DNA of 64,000 nt from Scyliorhinus canicula (lineage: Eukaryota): NCBI RefSeq assembly GCF_902713615.1, contig NC_052162.1:108651811-108715810 (forward strand), read 5' to 3'. The position numbers were made by a program, and so were the translations under genes. The notes beneath the pieces were generated by a model. It searched no databases. It was not told where the DNA came from and was given only the letters and a program-made list of their open reading frames with translations. Shown one piece after another: positions 23,621-35,200 of the stretch (positions are counted from its first letter, which is position 1; each line of letters begins with the position of its first letter).

Positions 23621-23937
23621 CACTGCACGGTGGCACAATATTTAGCACTGCTGCCTCACAGTGCCAGTGAACCAGGTTCGATTCTGAACTTGGATGATTG
23701 TCTGTGTGGAGTTTGCACATTTTCTAAGTGTCTACGTGGGTTTCCTCTGGGTGCCCCGGTTTCCTCCCACAGTCCAAAGATGTTCAGGTTAGGTGGATTG
23801 TGCGTGCTAAATTGACCCTCATGGTGGGTTCACAGGAATAGTTTGGGGGATTGGGCCAAGATAGGGTGGTCTTCTGAAGGGTCGGTGCAGACTCGATGGG
23901 CCGAATGGCCTCCTTCTGCACTGTTAGGATTCTATAA
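23621..23937 (+). mobile_element. HE1-like SINE, long form
   Basis: A/B-box head, V-domain, and HER1-type tail GCAGACTCGATGGGCCGAATGGCC. Confidence 0.88.
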
Positions 23938-25211
23938 TAAAAGAGTAACATTTATTCAACAGCATCTACTTCAGCCATTTTCCCATCAACTGAATTTAAG
24001 ATAAAATGAAATGAACATATCCAGTGAAAAAACTGAGAAAGTTGGGGTGACATTTATTTGACTCACTCACTCTAGTATTGTGTAATGCTGCTTGGAGGTT
24101 TAGTGAACGGGATATAATCTCCCTGTGTTTTCCTGAGCCAGTGTTCAGTGTATTGGGAGAGTTGACCCGGTGTGGGAGAGAAATTAATGAGTTGTCAACT
24201 TAGAAGCATGCTGGGAAATGCTTGACTATAGTTCAACACTGCTTTTGAATGAAAATAAGTAGGTCAGGTAAATGAAAATACTGCTTAATATTCTGGTCTC
24301 GGCCTTATTATGAAAACACATTGTTCTCCGAAAGATAACAAAATGTGTCCTTGGGTTGTTTTTAGCCAAGGGCAAGAACATGCCTACGTTTTTCATCTTA
24401 CGTACTTTCCAAGGTCTTTTTAATATAAACATGCCTGTTTACTTCAAGCTGTTATTTCAGACTATAAAAATATGCTGTCTGCAAACGAATCTCAGAGTGC
24501 GCTGCACTAGCTTTGCAGCTAGAACACTCTCTCTCCGCAAATATATTTGTGTAAATAAATTTCCTTAAATCACACCTCGAGGAATATGTCTTTATTATAA
24601 TTTTCACGACACCCGGGTGAGAGTATTTTGTGTCCCAGGGATGGGCAGTAATCCACTGATTGAAGCTCTTGTCACCACTGAAGCTTGAATTTGTTGTTTG
24701 GAGAGTGGGAGGCAGGAAATATTGCTGCTTTTCTGAATTTTTAAAAATCCAATAACTTCATAGATTTATAATTGGCTCGATGTAGTTACATCGTGGGTCT
24801 AACTGATTTCTGATGTTTGCAATGAATATTCATTTTTTAAAAAGCTGAGCATGTGGAAAGTCACTGGGTAACAACAGAATTTACAACTTTGGGTGATATG
24901 TTCTTGCAGGCAAAGGTACCTAATCGCAATCCAGCACTGTGCATCTAATTCTAATTCTGTGACTCTGAACAGTTTTGGTGGTTCATGGGCTTGAGTGGAA
25001 CTTCTCAGTTTTAAAGTGCCATCATTCATTGAACATCAAGCCGCACTAACAAACTTGTCTTTCACACTCCCAGTGAAGTGAGGGCAGTTTTCACTCATGT
25101 AACTGTAATCTTAACAAAGCGGAATGGGGAAAGACTCAGTTTGAGCAGTGACACTACCACAGCAATGGAGAGCAGGAGTTGACCCATGAAAGCAGCAAAG
25201 TTTAAAAACAA

Positions 25212-25287
25212 TGGCACCCAATGTGGGTCTCGAATTCACGACCCTGAGATTAAGAGTCACATACTGTACCGACTGCGCTATCCGAGC
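25212..25287 (-). pseudogene. Degenerate tRNA-Lys(CTT)
   Basis: Minus strand GCTCGGATAGCGCAGTCGGTACAGTATGTGACTCTTAATCTCAGGGTCGTGAATTCGAGACCCACATTGGGTG-CCA; B-box GGTTCGA changed to AATTCGA, stem mismatches, T5 run downstream. Confidence 0.88.
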
Positions 25288-25338
25288 ACTTCGAAAGTCT
25301 AGTTTATTTTCCAAAATACAGAAAGGCAAATGTTACCG

Positions 25339-26130
25339 TCATAGTGTTTTACAGCACAGAAAGAGGCCCTTCAGCTCATTATGGCTCTGCCGGCCATCAA
25401 ACACCTATCCATTTTAATCACATTTTCCAGCACTTTGTCCATAGCCTTGTAAGCTGTAGTACTTTTAAGTGCTTTATACAGATGTATTGTAACCTCCCTG
25501 CTCTTATAGTCTGTGTTTTTTAATTTATTTTTAATGATGGAGGCCACCAGGCCCTGGTGACTTGTCTAACTTTAATTCTAATCGTTTGCTCAGTACTTTT
25601 CCCTAGTGATGGCAATTGTTTTACGTTCCTCCTTTTCAACAACCTCCACATTATATGTTACTATTGGAGTAGTTCTAGTATCTTCCACCGTGAAAACCGA
25701 GGCAAAATATTGCTTTAGTGACTCTGCCATTTCTGTATGAACAGTATTCATGTAAAGGCCTCCCATCAATAGTAAATATTTCTATCTTTCATTATTTCAA
25801 TGTTTAAAAATGATGATATTTGTCATTTGTGACTGTGTTTGTTCAATGGAATGTTTGTGAAAAGTAACTCCCCACTCTCGTTCTCTAAGGGACCAACGTT
25901 GACTTTAGCTATTCTCTTCCTTTTCAGTTATTTATAGAATTTTTTTGCAGTCTGTTTTTATATTTTGCGTTAGATTTCTTTCATTGTCTACTATTGCTCT
26001 TTTATTGCTCAGTAGTAAAGAAACTAAAGGTGGGAAAGCCATTCTGTATCTATCATCTATTTCTGCTCTGATTGAAAATGTGTTGCTTCTCTGTTGGCCC
26101 ATTTCACTTCTGTCCCACACTGAAAACTTT
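25339..26130 (-). mobile_element. CR1 fragments (3' tail and internal)
   Basis: Reverse tail ACAGCACAGAAAGAGGCCCTTCAGC; internal TCTTCCACCGTGAAAACCGAGGCAAAATA. Confidence 0.6.
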
Positions 26131-26290
26131 TAATCCTTCACCACCATTACCTTTCACAAACATTTCATTGAACAAACACAGTCTCAAATGACAAATATCA
26201 TCATTTTTAAATATTGAAATAATGAAACATAGAAATATTTACTGTTCATGGGAGTTGATGGGGAGGTTATTACATGAATACTGTTCATAC
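25735..26290. repeat. ~135-bp inverted repeat (25735-25867 and 26147-26290)
   Basis: GTATGAACAGTATTCATGTAA...GTTTGTGAAAAGTAA is the reverse complement of TTACCTTTCACAAAC...TTACATGAATACTGTTCATAC. Confidence 0.9.
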
Positions 26291-26554
26291 CAGCAGAAAA
26301 TGTGCAATCCAGTGTAATGCCACCTTCCCCCTGTTCCTTGGTGCCCTGTAGGTTCCTGGACCTCAACTGTTTGTCCAAGTGTTCTTTTATTTAATCCAAT
26401 GGGGGTTTCTGCCTTAACCAACAATTTGGACAGTGAGTTTCAGACCCAACCTCGCAGTGAAATAGATTATTCCACAACTCTGCTCTAATCCCTCCATTAA
26501 TTCTGTAAAATATAAGGTATTGTTTTGCTGTGATTCTGTTGATCACACTTTCTA

Positions 26555-26922
26555 AATTGGAAGGTTGTGATGTCAAATCCCATTGCTTAGATTTGAGCAC
26601 AGCAATCTTGGCTAACACTCTGGCAGAGCACTGCGAGAGTCCTAAACTGGCAGAGATGTTGTCCTTTATTTGAGATTTTAAATTGTGCTCCCCTCTGCCC
26701 TGTCGGATGGATATAGAAGATTCTGTGTCACTGTTTTAACAGAGAACAGCGTTCTTTGTCCTGTCCAATATTTATCCCTCAATCAACAAGAACAGATTCT
26801 CTGCTCATTGTGAGGTTGCTGTTTGTGGGAGTTGCTATGTTTCCTACATTACAACAGTGAATCCACTTGAAAAGGAATCCACTTGAAAGGTGCTATATAA
26901 ATGTGAGGATTTCTTTCTTTCT
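26555..26922 (+). mobile_element. DeuSINE (SacSINE1/AmnSINE1-like), decayed
   Basis: CCAATATTTATCCCTCAATCAAC, TTGCTGTTTGTGGGAG, TTTCCTACATTACAACAGTG and tail GAAAGGTGCTATATAAATG. Confidence 0.75.
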
Positions 26923-27536
26923 AAATCTGTCCTTGGTTATTGATCTCTGCTCAAGGAAATAGCTCCTTCCTATCAACTCTATATCTGTCCCTCAAAATTT
27001 TATAAACCTCAAATAAATCTTACCTTAACCTTCCCTGCCCCAAATAGAACAAACCCATTCTATCCAGTGTTTCCTCAATACATTTGGGTGTGAATAATGG
27101 TCTCCAACGTCTCTCCCTATATCCTGCGTTCCAGATCGTTCTTATTGCGAAAGCAGTCAATGTTAACCACTGTCAGCCCCATAGCAAGTTGTCATTCTAA
27201 TTCTGCGATTCTGAGCAGGTTTGTGTGTACGCAGGCTCAGTTTTAAAATGTTCTGATGTATTGTTGCTTCGACTGCACCAACAAACATGTCCCTCATAAA
27301 TCACAGCTTCGACTTCCAGTGGCTGTGATGACGTAGGAAGCCACACATTTGGGAGCTCCCAGTTTAAACGGACTTTTAGGCTCTTTTTAGAGCCCAAAAC
27401 GGAAATTTTTCGACGTCTCCCGGTGGGGGAAGGTGTGCTGAACGACTTTCCCCACAGTTCATGACTCGAACTCGGAGTGGAAAGGGGGAAAAAGCAGCAG
27501 CAGCTCCCCAGAAAAAAACTGGGGAAGGGATCTAAG

Positions 27537-28303
27537 ATGGCCGCTGGCAGAGCTCCAGAGGAGTATAGGCTGTGGGCCCAAAAGCAACTAGCTGCTCTCA
27601 TGCGCTGCTTCACAGACTTCAAAGCTGAGGTGCTGAGCTCTCTGCAGGAAACAAACAGAAGGCTGTCAGAGATTCAGACCACCCAGGGTGCTGCCATCAA
27701 GGAGTTGCAGACACAGGCCACTGAACGAGAGGAGGAGGCCGTGGTCCTCGTGAGTAAGGTGGAGGGGCATGAGGCACTCCACAAGAAGGGCAGGAACGCT
27801 TCGAGGAGCTTGATCACCGCATGAGGCGGAAAAATCTGCGGATCTTGGGCCTTGCGGAGGGGCTGGAGGGTTCGGACCTGACAAACTACGTGGCTATAAT
27901 GCTGAACTCGCTAGTGGGGGCCGGGTCCTTCCATCTGCCCTTGGAGCTGGAGGGAGCGCACAGGGTGCTGGCCAGGAGGCCTAAGGAAAATGAACCCCTG
28001 CGTGCGGTGCTGGTGAGGTTCCACCGGTTCAGTGATCGGGAGTGTGTGCTGCGTTGGGCCAAGAAGGTGAAGAGCAGCAAGTGGGAGAATGGGGTAGTAC
28101 GGATCTACCAGGATTGGAGTGCGGAGGTGGCTAAGCGGCGGTCCGGATTTAATCGGACGAAGGAGGTGCTTTACAGGCAAAAGATAAAGTTCGGAATGTT
28201 GCAGCCTGCGCCTGTGGGTAACTTATTCGGACCGGCACTATTATTTCGATTCCCCGGAGGAGGCGTGGGCCTTCGTGCGGACGGAGAAACTGGACTTGAA
28301 CTA
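27537..28303 (+). pseudogene. L1 ORF1 (frameshifted)
   Basis: Coiled-coil region, then RRKNLRILGL, LEGAHR and RIYQDWS motifs spread over different frames. Confidence 0.85.
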
Positions 28304-28979
28304 GGGGTTGGGGGTTGCGGGGTCGGTTGTAATATTTTAGTGCTGGATTCTGCTGTTGCTGTGTTCTCCTTTTTTTTTGTACTTTTACAATTTTGATATG
28401 GTTATTTACGGGGGTGTTGTTCTGCTATGTTTTTTTTTGCTGTGGGGCACTGTTCGAGTTGTGTATCTTGCGGGGAGGGTCGGGGGGGTTTGTTGTATTC
28501 TATGTCGGGTTGGGGGTATGGAGTGGGGCTGGTTTTTGGGAGCTGCGTCAGAAGGGTGTGGTGGGGCAGTGCGAAAGCATGGACTTTCCTCTGGTTTCCT
28601 GTGCTGCGGGGCTGGGGGGGGGGGGGGGGGGGGGGGGGGCGGAGACTGTGACGGGGGAGGCGGGTTCTTCCCCGCGCTGGAGCGGTGCCTGGAGGAGGGA
28701 TAGATTGGGGGATGATCCCACTTTGGGAGGGGTCGGGTTATTGGCGGGAGTTTCCGGGGTCAGCAGAAGTTAGCACGGAAGTACAATGGAGGACGGTTTG
28801 CGGCTAGGAGGGTTCCTAGCCTGGGGGGGGAAGGGAGGGGGGGAAAGGGGAATACCGGGTTGCTGCTGGTAGGGTCAGGAAGGAGCTGGTGGGGGCTGGG
28901 GGGACAGAGGTGAGGTGTTGTCGCCGTGGGAACTGGGTCGGGCAGGGGGTGCTGGCCTGGGGCGGGCAGTTGACGGGCT

Positions 28980-31900
28980 ATGGCTAGTCGACATGGGAGG
29001 GGGGCGGGACGCCCTCTGATCCGGTTGGTCACCTGGAATGCGAGAGGGTTGAATGGGCCAGTGAAGCGGTCGAGGGTACTGCCTCATCTGAAGGGGCTAA
29101 AGGCAGATGTGGCAATGCTTCAGGAGACCCACCTGAAGGTGGCGGACCAGGTCCACCTGAGGAAGGGATGGGTGGGGCAGGTTTTCCACTCTGGGTTGGA
29201 TGTGAAGAACCGGGGAGTGGCGATTCTGGTGGGGAAAAATGTGTTGTTTGAGACATTGGAGGTGGTGGCGGATAAGGGGGGTAGGTATGTCATGGTTAGG
29301 GGCAGGCTACAAGGAGAGAAGGTGGTACTGGCTAGTGTGTATGCCCCAAATTGGGACGATGCGGGCTTTATGAGGCGTATGTTGGGACGGGTCCCGGATC
29401 TGGAGGCGGGAGGTCTGATCATGGGGGGGGGGACTCAGTGTTGGATCCTTCACTGGATCGGTCCAACTCTAGGACGGGTAGGAGGCCGGCGGCGGCCAGG
29501 GTACTGGGGGGGTTTATGGACCAGATGGGTGGGGTGGATCTATGGAGGTTTGTGAGGCCGAGGGCACGCGAGTACTCTTTCTTCTCCCACGTACATAGGG
29601 TCTACTCTCGGATAGATTTCTTCGTGGTGAGTAGGGGACTGATTCTGAGAGTGGAGGAGGCCGAATATTCGGCCATTGCAATCTCCGACCACGCTCCGCA
29701 TTGGATAGAGTTGGAGATGGGAGAGGTGCGAGACCAACGTCCGTTGTGGCGGTTGGATGTGGGGTTGTTGGCGGAGGAGGAGGTGTGTAGGAGGGTCCGG
29801 GCAAGTATTGAGGGGTACCTCGAGGTGAATGATACGGGGGAGGTTCAGGTGGGGATGGTCTGGGAAGCCCTGAAGGCAGTGATTCGTGGGGAGCTGATAT
29901 CCATCCGGGCACACAGGGAGAGGAGCGAGAGGAGTGAGAGGGATAGACTGGTGGGAAAGATGCTGGAGGTGGACAGGAGGTATGCAGAGGCACCAGAGGA
30001 GGGACTGTTGGGGGAGAGGCGCAGCCTGCAGGCTAAATTTGATTTGCTGACCACTAGAAAGGAGGAGGCACAGTGGAGGAAGGCACAAGGGGCAGTGTAC
30101 GAACATGGTGAAAAGGCGAGTAGGATGCTGGCTCATCAGCTCCGCAAGCGGGATGCGGCTAAGGAAATTGCTGGAGTGAGAGACAAGAGTGGGAATGTGG
30201 TGCGGAAGGGGGTAGAGGTGAATGAGGTCTTCAAGGACTTTTACGGGGAACTGTACCGGTCGGAGCCAACGGGGGAGTGGAGGGGAATGGAGAGGTTCCT
30301 TGGCGGGCTTTCTTTCCCGAAGGTGCAGGAGGAGAAGGTGGAGGGGTTGGGTGCGCCGATTGAGCTGGAGGATGGAGGGGATCGGGCAGATGCAGTCAGG
30401 GAAGGCACCAGGGCCGGATGGGTTCCCGGTGGAATTTTATAAAAAGTTTGTGGACCTAGTGGGCCCTTTGCTGGTGCGGACACTCAACGAAGCGTGGGAA
30501 GGGGGGACTTTGCCCCCGACGATGTCGCGGGCGCTGATCTCGTTAATTTTAAAGAGGGACAAGGACCCCCAGCAGTGTGGTTCATACAGGCCCATATCTC
30601 TCCTCAACGTGGATGCTAAGGTGCTGGCAAAAATCCTGGCCACCAGGATAGAGGACTGTGTGCCAGGGGTTGTGCACGAGGACCAGACAGGTTTTGTGAA
30701 GGGAAGGCAGCTGGACACGAATGTGCGGAGATTGTTGAATGTCATCATGATCCCGGCGATTGAGGGGGAGGCAGAGATAGTGGTGGCGCTGGATGCAGAG
30801 AAGGCCTTCGATAGAGTGGAGTGGGGGTACTTATGGGAGGTGTTGGGGAGGTTTGGATTTGGTGAAGGGTTCATTAGATGGGTAAGGCTGCTATATGAGG
30901 CCCCGATGGTGTGCGTGGCCACGAATAGGAGGAGGTCGGAGTACTTCCGGCTTTACCGAGGGACCAGGCAGGGTTGCCCCCTGTCCCCCTTGTTGTTTGC
31001 TCTGGCAATCGAGCCACTGGCGATGGCGTTGAGGGATTCAGAGAGGTGGAGAGGCTTGGTGCGAGGTGGAGAGGAACATAGGGTGTCGTTATATGCCGAT
31101 GACCTGTTACTGTATGTGGCGGACCCGGTGGGAGGGATGCCGGGGGTGATGGAGTTGCTAGCTGAGTTTGGGACCTTTTCAGGTTATAAATTAAATTTAG
31201 GCAAGAGTGAGGTGTTTGTGGTGCACCCTGGAGACCAGGAGGAAGGAATTGGTAGGCTCCCGCTTAGGCGGGCAGGGGAGAGCTTTAGGTACCTGGGGGT
31301 GTAGGTGGCCAGGGACTGGGGGACTCTTCACAAGCATAATTTCACCAGACTTGTAGATCAGATGGAGGAGGAGTTCAAGAGGTGGGACATGCTGCCATTA
31401 TCGTTGGCGGGGAGGATACAGTCCGTCAAAATGACGGTGCTTCCGAGGTTCTTGTTCCTCTTTCAGTGCCTGCCCATCTTTATCCCCAGGGCCTTCTTTA
31501 GGAGAGTGACTAGCAGTATTCTGAGCTTTGTGTGGGCGCATGGGACTCCGAGAGTGAAGAGGGTGTTCCTGGAGCGAGGGAGGGATAGAGGCGGGCTGGC
31601 GCTGCCCAACCTTCTGGGGTACTATTGGGCGGCCAATGTGTCAATGGTGCGTAAATGGGTGATGGAGGGGGGAGGGGCGGCGTGGAAAAGAATGGAGATG
31701 GCGTCATGTAGAGGTACGAGCCTGGGTGCCATGGTAACGGCGCTGTTGCCGCTCTCCCCTAAGAGGTTTACCACGAGCCCGGTGGTGGCGGCGACCCTAA
31801 GAATCTGGGGACAGTGGAGGCGGCATAGGGGGGAAACAGGGGGCTCGATGGAGGCTCCACTGGGTGGCAACCATCGGTTCATCCCGGGGAACAAGGATGG

Positions 31901-32765
31901 GGGATTTCGGGGGTGGCAAAGGGCGGGCATCAGCAAATTGAGGGACCTGTTTATTGGCGGGAGGTTTGCGGGCCTGGGGGAACTGGAAGATAAATTTGGC
32001 CTTCCCCAAGGGAACATGTTCAGATACTTGCAGGTAAAGGCGTTTGCTAGGCGACAGGTAGAGGGATTCCCTTTGCTGCCCTCGCAGGGGACGACGGACA
32101 GAGTGCTTTCGGGGGTGTGGGTCAGAGAGGGGAAGGTGTCTGACATCTATAAGGTAATGCAGGAGGTGGAGGAGTCGTCAGTGGAGGAGCTGAAGGCTAA
32201 ATGGGAGGAGGAACTCGGGGAGCAGATAGAGGACGGGACTTGGGCGGATGCCTTGGAGAGAGTCAACTCTTCCTCCTCATGTGCGAGGCTTAGTCTCATC
32301 CAATTTAAGGTGCTGCACCGGGCCCACATGTCCGGGACTAGGTTGAGTAGGTTCTTTGGGTGTGAGGATAGGTGCACCAGATGTTCGGGGAGTCCAGCGA
32401 ACCACGCCCATATGTTCTGGGCATGCCCAGCACTGGAAGAATTCTGGAAGGGGGTGGCGGGGACGGTGTCGAGGGTGGTTGGATCCAGGGTCAAACCAGG
32501 GTGGGGACTCGCAATTTTTGGAGTTGCGGTAGAGCCGGGAGTGCAGGAGGCAAAAGAGGCCAGTGTCCTGGCCTTTGCGTCCCTAGTAGCCCATCGAAGG
32601 ATTCTGCTACAGTGGAAGGATGCAAGGCCCCCAAGTGTGGAGACCTGGATCAGTGACATGGCGGGATTTATAAAACTGGAAAGGGTCAAATTTGCCCTGA
32701 GAGGATCAATACAAGGGTTTTATAAACGATGGCAGCCTTTTCTGGACTCCCTGGCGCAAAGATAG
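28980..32765 (+). pseudogene. L1 ORF2 (APE endonuclease + RT + C-terminal Cys/His)
   Basis: TWNARGL, LQETH, SDH, GTRQGCPLSP, YADD and CxxC..H..C; frameshifts near 29430 and 30370, TAG at 31302-31304. Confidence 0.92.
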
Positions 32766-33079
32766 GTATCTTGGTCAATAGCAGCAGCAACGGGTGGCGG
32801 GGGGGTGTTCCTTATTGTAGTTTCTATTCTGTAACTTTATATTGTGTTAATTTGCGTTGTTGTTAAAATGCTATGTTGTGCATGGGGGTGGGGCGAATGT
32901 TTATGATTGTTAATATTATTGTTATTTTTGGTATTTTACTATGGTGCGTTATTGTATAAATTCAAAATTTTTCAATAAAAATTATGTTTAAAATAAATAA
33001 ATAAATCACAGCTTCAGTGGATTGAAACACAGAGGGAATTAAGTTATGCACAAACACACAGCAGTTTCAATGAAAAGTT

Positions 33080-33280
33080 GCTGGCGGTGGTTCGCCGCGG
33101 GGGTGCCTCTTTCAATAGCCCCCGACCAGCGCCGCATCAACCGCACACACGCGATTGGCGGCGATTCTCCAGTCCCCAGAGAATCGCGCCAAGGCGTCGG
33201 ACCCGATCGCGGGTCTGAAGCCCCATTCTCCGCCCCTGCACGAGTGGGATTGCGGCATGGAGGCTCGGAGAATCCCAGCC
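33080..33280 (+). mobile_element. PIF/Harbinger-type MITE, right-end fragment
   Basis: CpG-rich, ends GGAGAATCCCAGCC like the TIR at 51895-51908. Confidence 0.6.
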
Positions 33281-33284
33281 ATTG

Positions 33285-33570
33285 TTTCATCCTGGACTGA
33301 CACTGATGGATTTTGGAAACTCCTTTTACAGGAGATTAGAAGGGGAGAGTTTACACACACACAAAAAAAGCAACAGAAATCTTTGCTTTTTTTATTTCTG
33401 TTCTGGACAGTGATTCGTTTTTACAGGATATTTCAAGATCAGGATTTATAGGCAGAAATCTCAGGCCAAACATCAGATATTAACCTGACAGAATCACTTG
33501 ATTCACCAAAATCTGAATGTAAGTGTGTCTGTGGAAAAATATTCCAACATCTGTGTGACTGGAAATATGA
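33285..33570 (+). pseudogene. Truncated ZNF 5' remnant
   Basis: CTGGACTGACACTGATGGATTTTGGAAACT..TTTACAG|GAGATTAGAAGG matches 45188-45265 and 57441-57520; second acceptor-like copy at ~33426; finger-like CGKIFQ remnant at ~33530. Confidence 0.6.
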
Positions 33571-33729
33571 AGAGCAATGTCATGAAACGATTTGAGAAGA
33601 AGGATGAGAATTTTAAATGATGTTGCAGTTTAACCAGGACCCTGTTTAGGTCAGTGAGGGCAGGGTGACGGTTGAGTGAGTGGGACTCAGATGTGAGGTA
33701 ACAAAGAGTTCGATAAATGACCTGGAAAC

Positions 33730-34250
33730 TTGGGATCAAATTCCACTATGGTTACTGGTGGATTCATTGATAAATTGCAAGCTTGTCTCAGAAATGGTAG
33801 TCAAGGGGCAGCACCGTGGCGCAGTTGGTTAGCTCTGCAGCCTCACAGCGCCGAGGTCCCAGGTTCGATCCTGGCTCTGGGTCACTGTCCATGTGGAGTT
33901 TGCAAATTCTCCCCCTGTCTGCGTGAGTCTCACCCCCACAACCCAAAGATGTGCAGGGTAGGTGGATTGGCCACGCTAAATTGCCCCTTAATTGGAAAAA
34001 ATTAATTGGGTACTCTAAATCTTTAGAAAACAAATAAAAATGGTAGTCATGGAACTGTCATAAATTTTCATTAAAACCTCTCTGGTTCACTAATTTCCTT
34101 TCGGGAAGGAAATCTCTCATCCTGACCTGCTCTGACGCACACATCACCCCAGACCCACAGCAATGTGATTAACTCTTAACTGTTTTCAAGGAATTAGCAA
34201 CAACAAATGTCGGTCTTGCCAGTGATGCCCACATCCCATGTGTGAATACA
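33730..34250 (+). mobile_element. MetaSINE-like element split by a younger SINE
   Basis: CTGGTTCACTAATTTCCTTTCGGGAAGGAAATCT central domain; 3' GCCAGTGATGCCCACATCC shared with the LINE ending near 23035. Confidence 0.65.
33805..34037 (+). mobile_element. HE1-like SINE, short A-tailed form
   Basis: TSD AAATGGTAGTCA at 33792-33803 and 34038-34049. Confidence 0.92.
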
Positions 34251-34376
34251 AAACCCCACAATTTCCTGGCTGGTTGAATGTGGGAGGCCAGCAAGGGGAG
34301 TGTTAGAATAGTCAAATTCTGAGGTCGCAACGGTATGGATGTGAGTTTCAGAAACATGAACTGAGCCAGTGGTAAA

Positions 34377-34600
34377 TTTCTTTTTCCATTTAGAGTACCC
34401 AATTATTTTTTTTCCAATTAAGGGGCAATTTAGCGTGGCCTATCCACCTAACCTGCACATCTCTGGATTGTGGGGGTGAAACCCATGCAGACACGGGGAG
34501 AATGTGCAAACTCCACACGGACAGTGACCCAGGACCGAGATTCGAACCCAGGTCCTCAGCGCCGTAGTCCCAGTGCTAACCACTGTGCCGTGTGCCGCCC
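34377..34600 (-). mobile_element. HE1-like SINE, short form
   Basis: TSD AGCCAGKGGTAAA at 34364-34376 and 34601-34613. Confidence 0.9.
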
Positions 34601-34628
34601 AGCCAGGGGTAAAGTTGAGCGAAGTTAC

Positions 34629-34744
34629 CCTCCCCGTGTTTGCTTGGGTTTCACCCCCACAACCCAAAGGGTAGGTGGATTGGCCATGCTAAATTGCCCC
34701 TTAATTGGAAAAAATTAATTGGGTGCTCTAAATGTATAAAAAGG
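34629..34744 (+). mobile_element. 5'-truncated short-form SINE
   Basis: TSD AAAGTTSAGYGAAGTTAC at 34611-34628 and 34745-34762. Confidence 0.85.
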
Positions 34745-34929
34745 AAAGTTCAGTGAAGTTACTGAGGTGGAAATGGGCAGTCTTGGAGATGGATTTGTGG
34801 TTAGAAACTCAGCTGAGGTGAAATGTGACACCATGGTTGTGAACAGTCTGGTTCAACCAAACACATACCGAGTGAGGGATGGAGTCAGTGGCAAAGGAAT
34901 AGAGTTGGTACTGGGGACTGAAACAATCC

Positions 34930-35200
34930 TTAAGACGGAGATGAGGATGAATTTCTTTACTTTAGGAATGGTGAATCTTTGGAATTCTTTACCCCAAGAA
35001 GCTGTGGAGGCCAAGTGCTTGAACATTTTCAAGGCTGAGAAGGATAGGTTTTTATTCAGTCAGGGAATTAAGGGTTATGGAGATAATGCAGGGAAGTAGA
35101 GTTAGCGAATGTTAGAGCAGTCATGATCTTACAAAATGGCAGAGCAAGTTCATAGGGCTGAATGGCCTACTTCTGGTGCTATTTCTGATGGCCTTATGGA
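34930..35200 (+). mobile_element. CR1 3' end
   Basis: KTEMRMNFFT..VNLWNSLP and GGGCTGAATGGCCTACTTCT tail. Confidence 0.8.

Larger units (their letters stand above)
27311..33000 (+). mobile_element. Near full-length L1 retrotransposon, recently inactivated
   Basis: 15-bp TSD ATAAATCACAGCTTC (27296-27310 and 33001-33015); ORF1, ORF2, AATAAA and (TAAA)n tail. Confidence 0.95.

Noticed and set aside
23621-23700. SINE heads as tRNA genes
   Set aside because: A/B boxes continue into the V-domain and LINE tail with no cloverleaf
30437-32689. Long antisense ORFs (161-180 aa)
   Set aside because: Antisense shadows of the G-rich L1 ORF2 with no independent motifs
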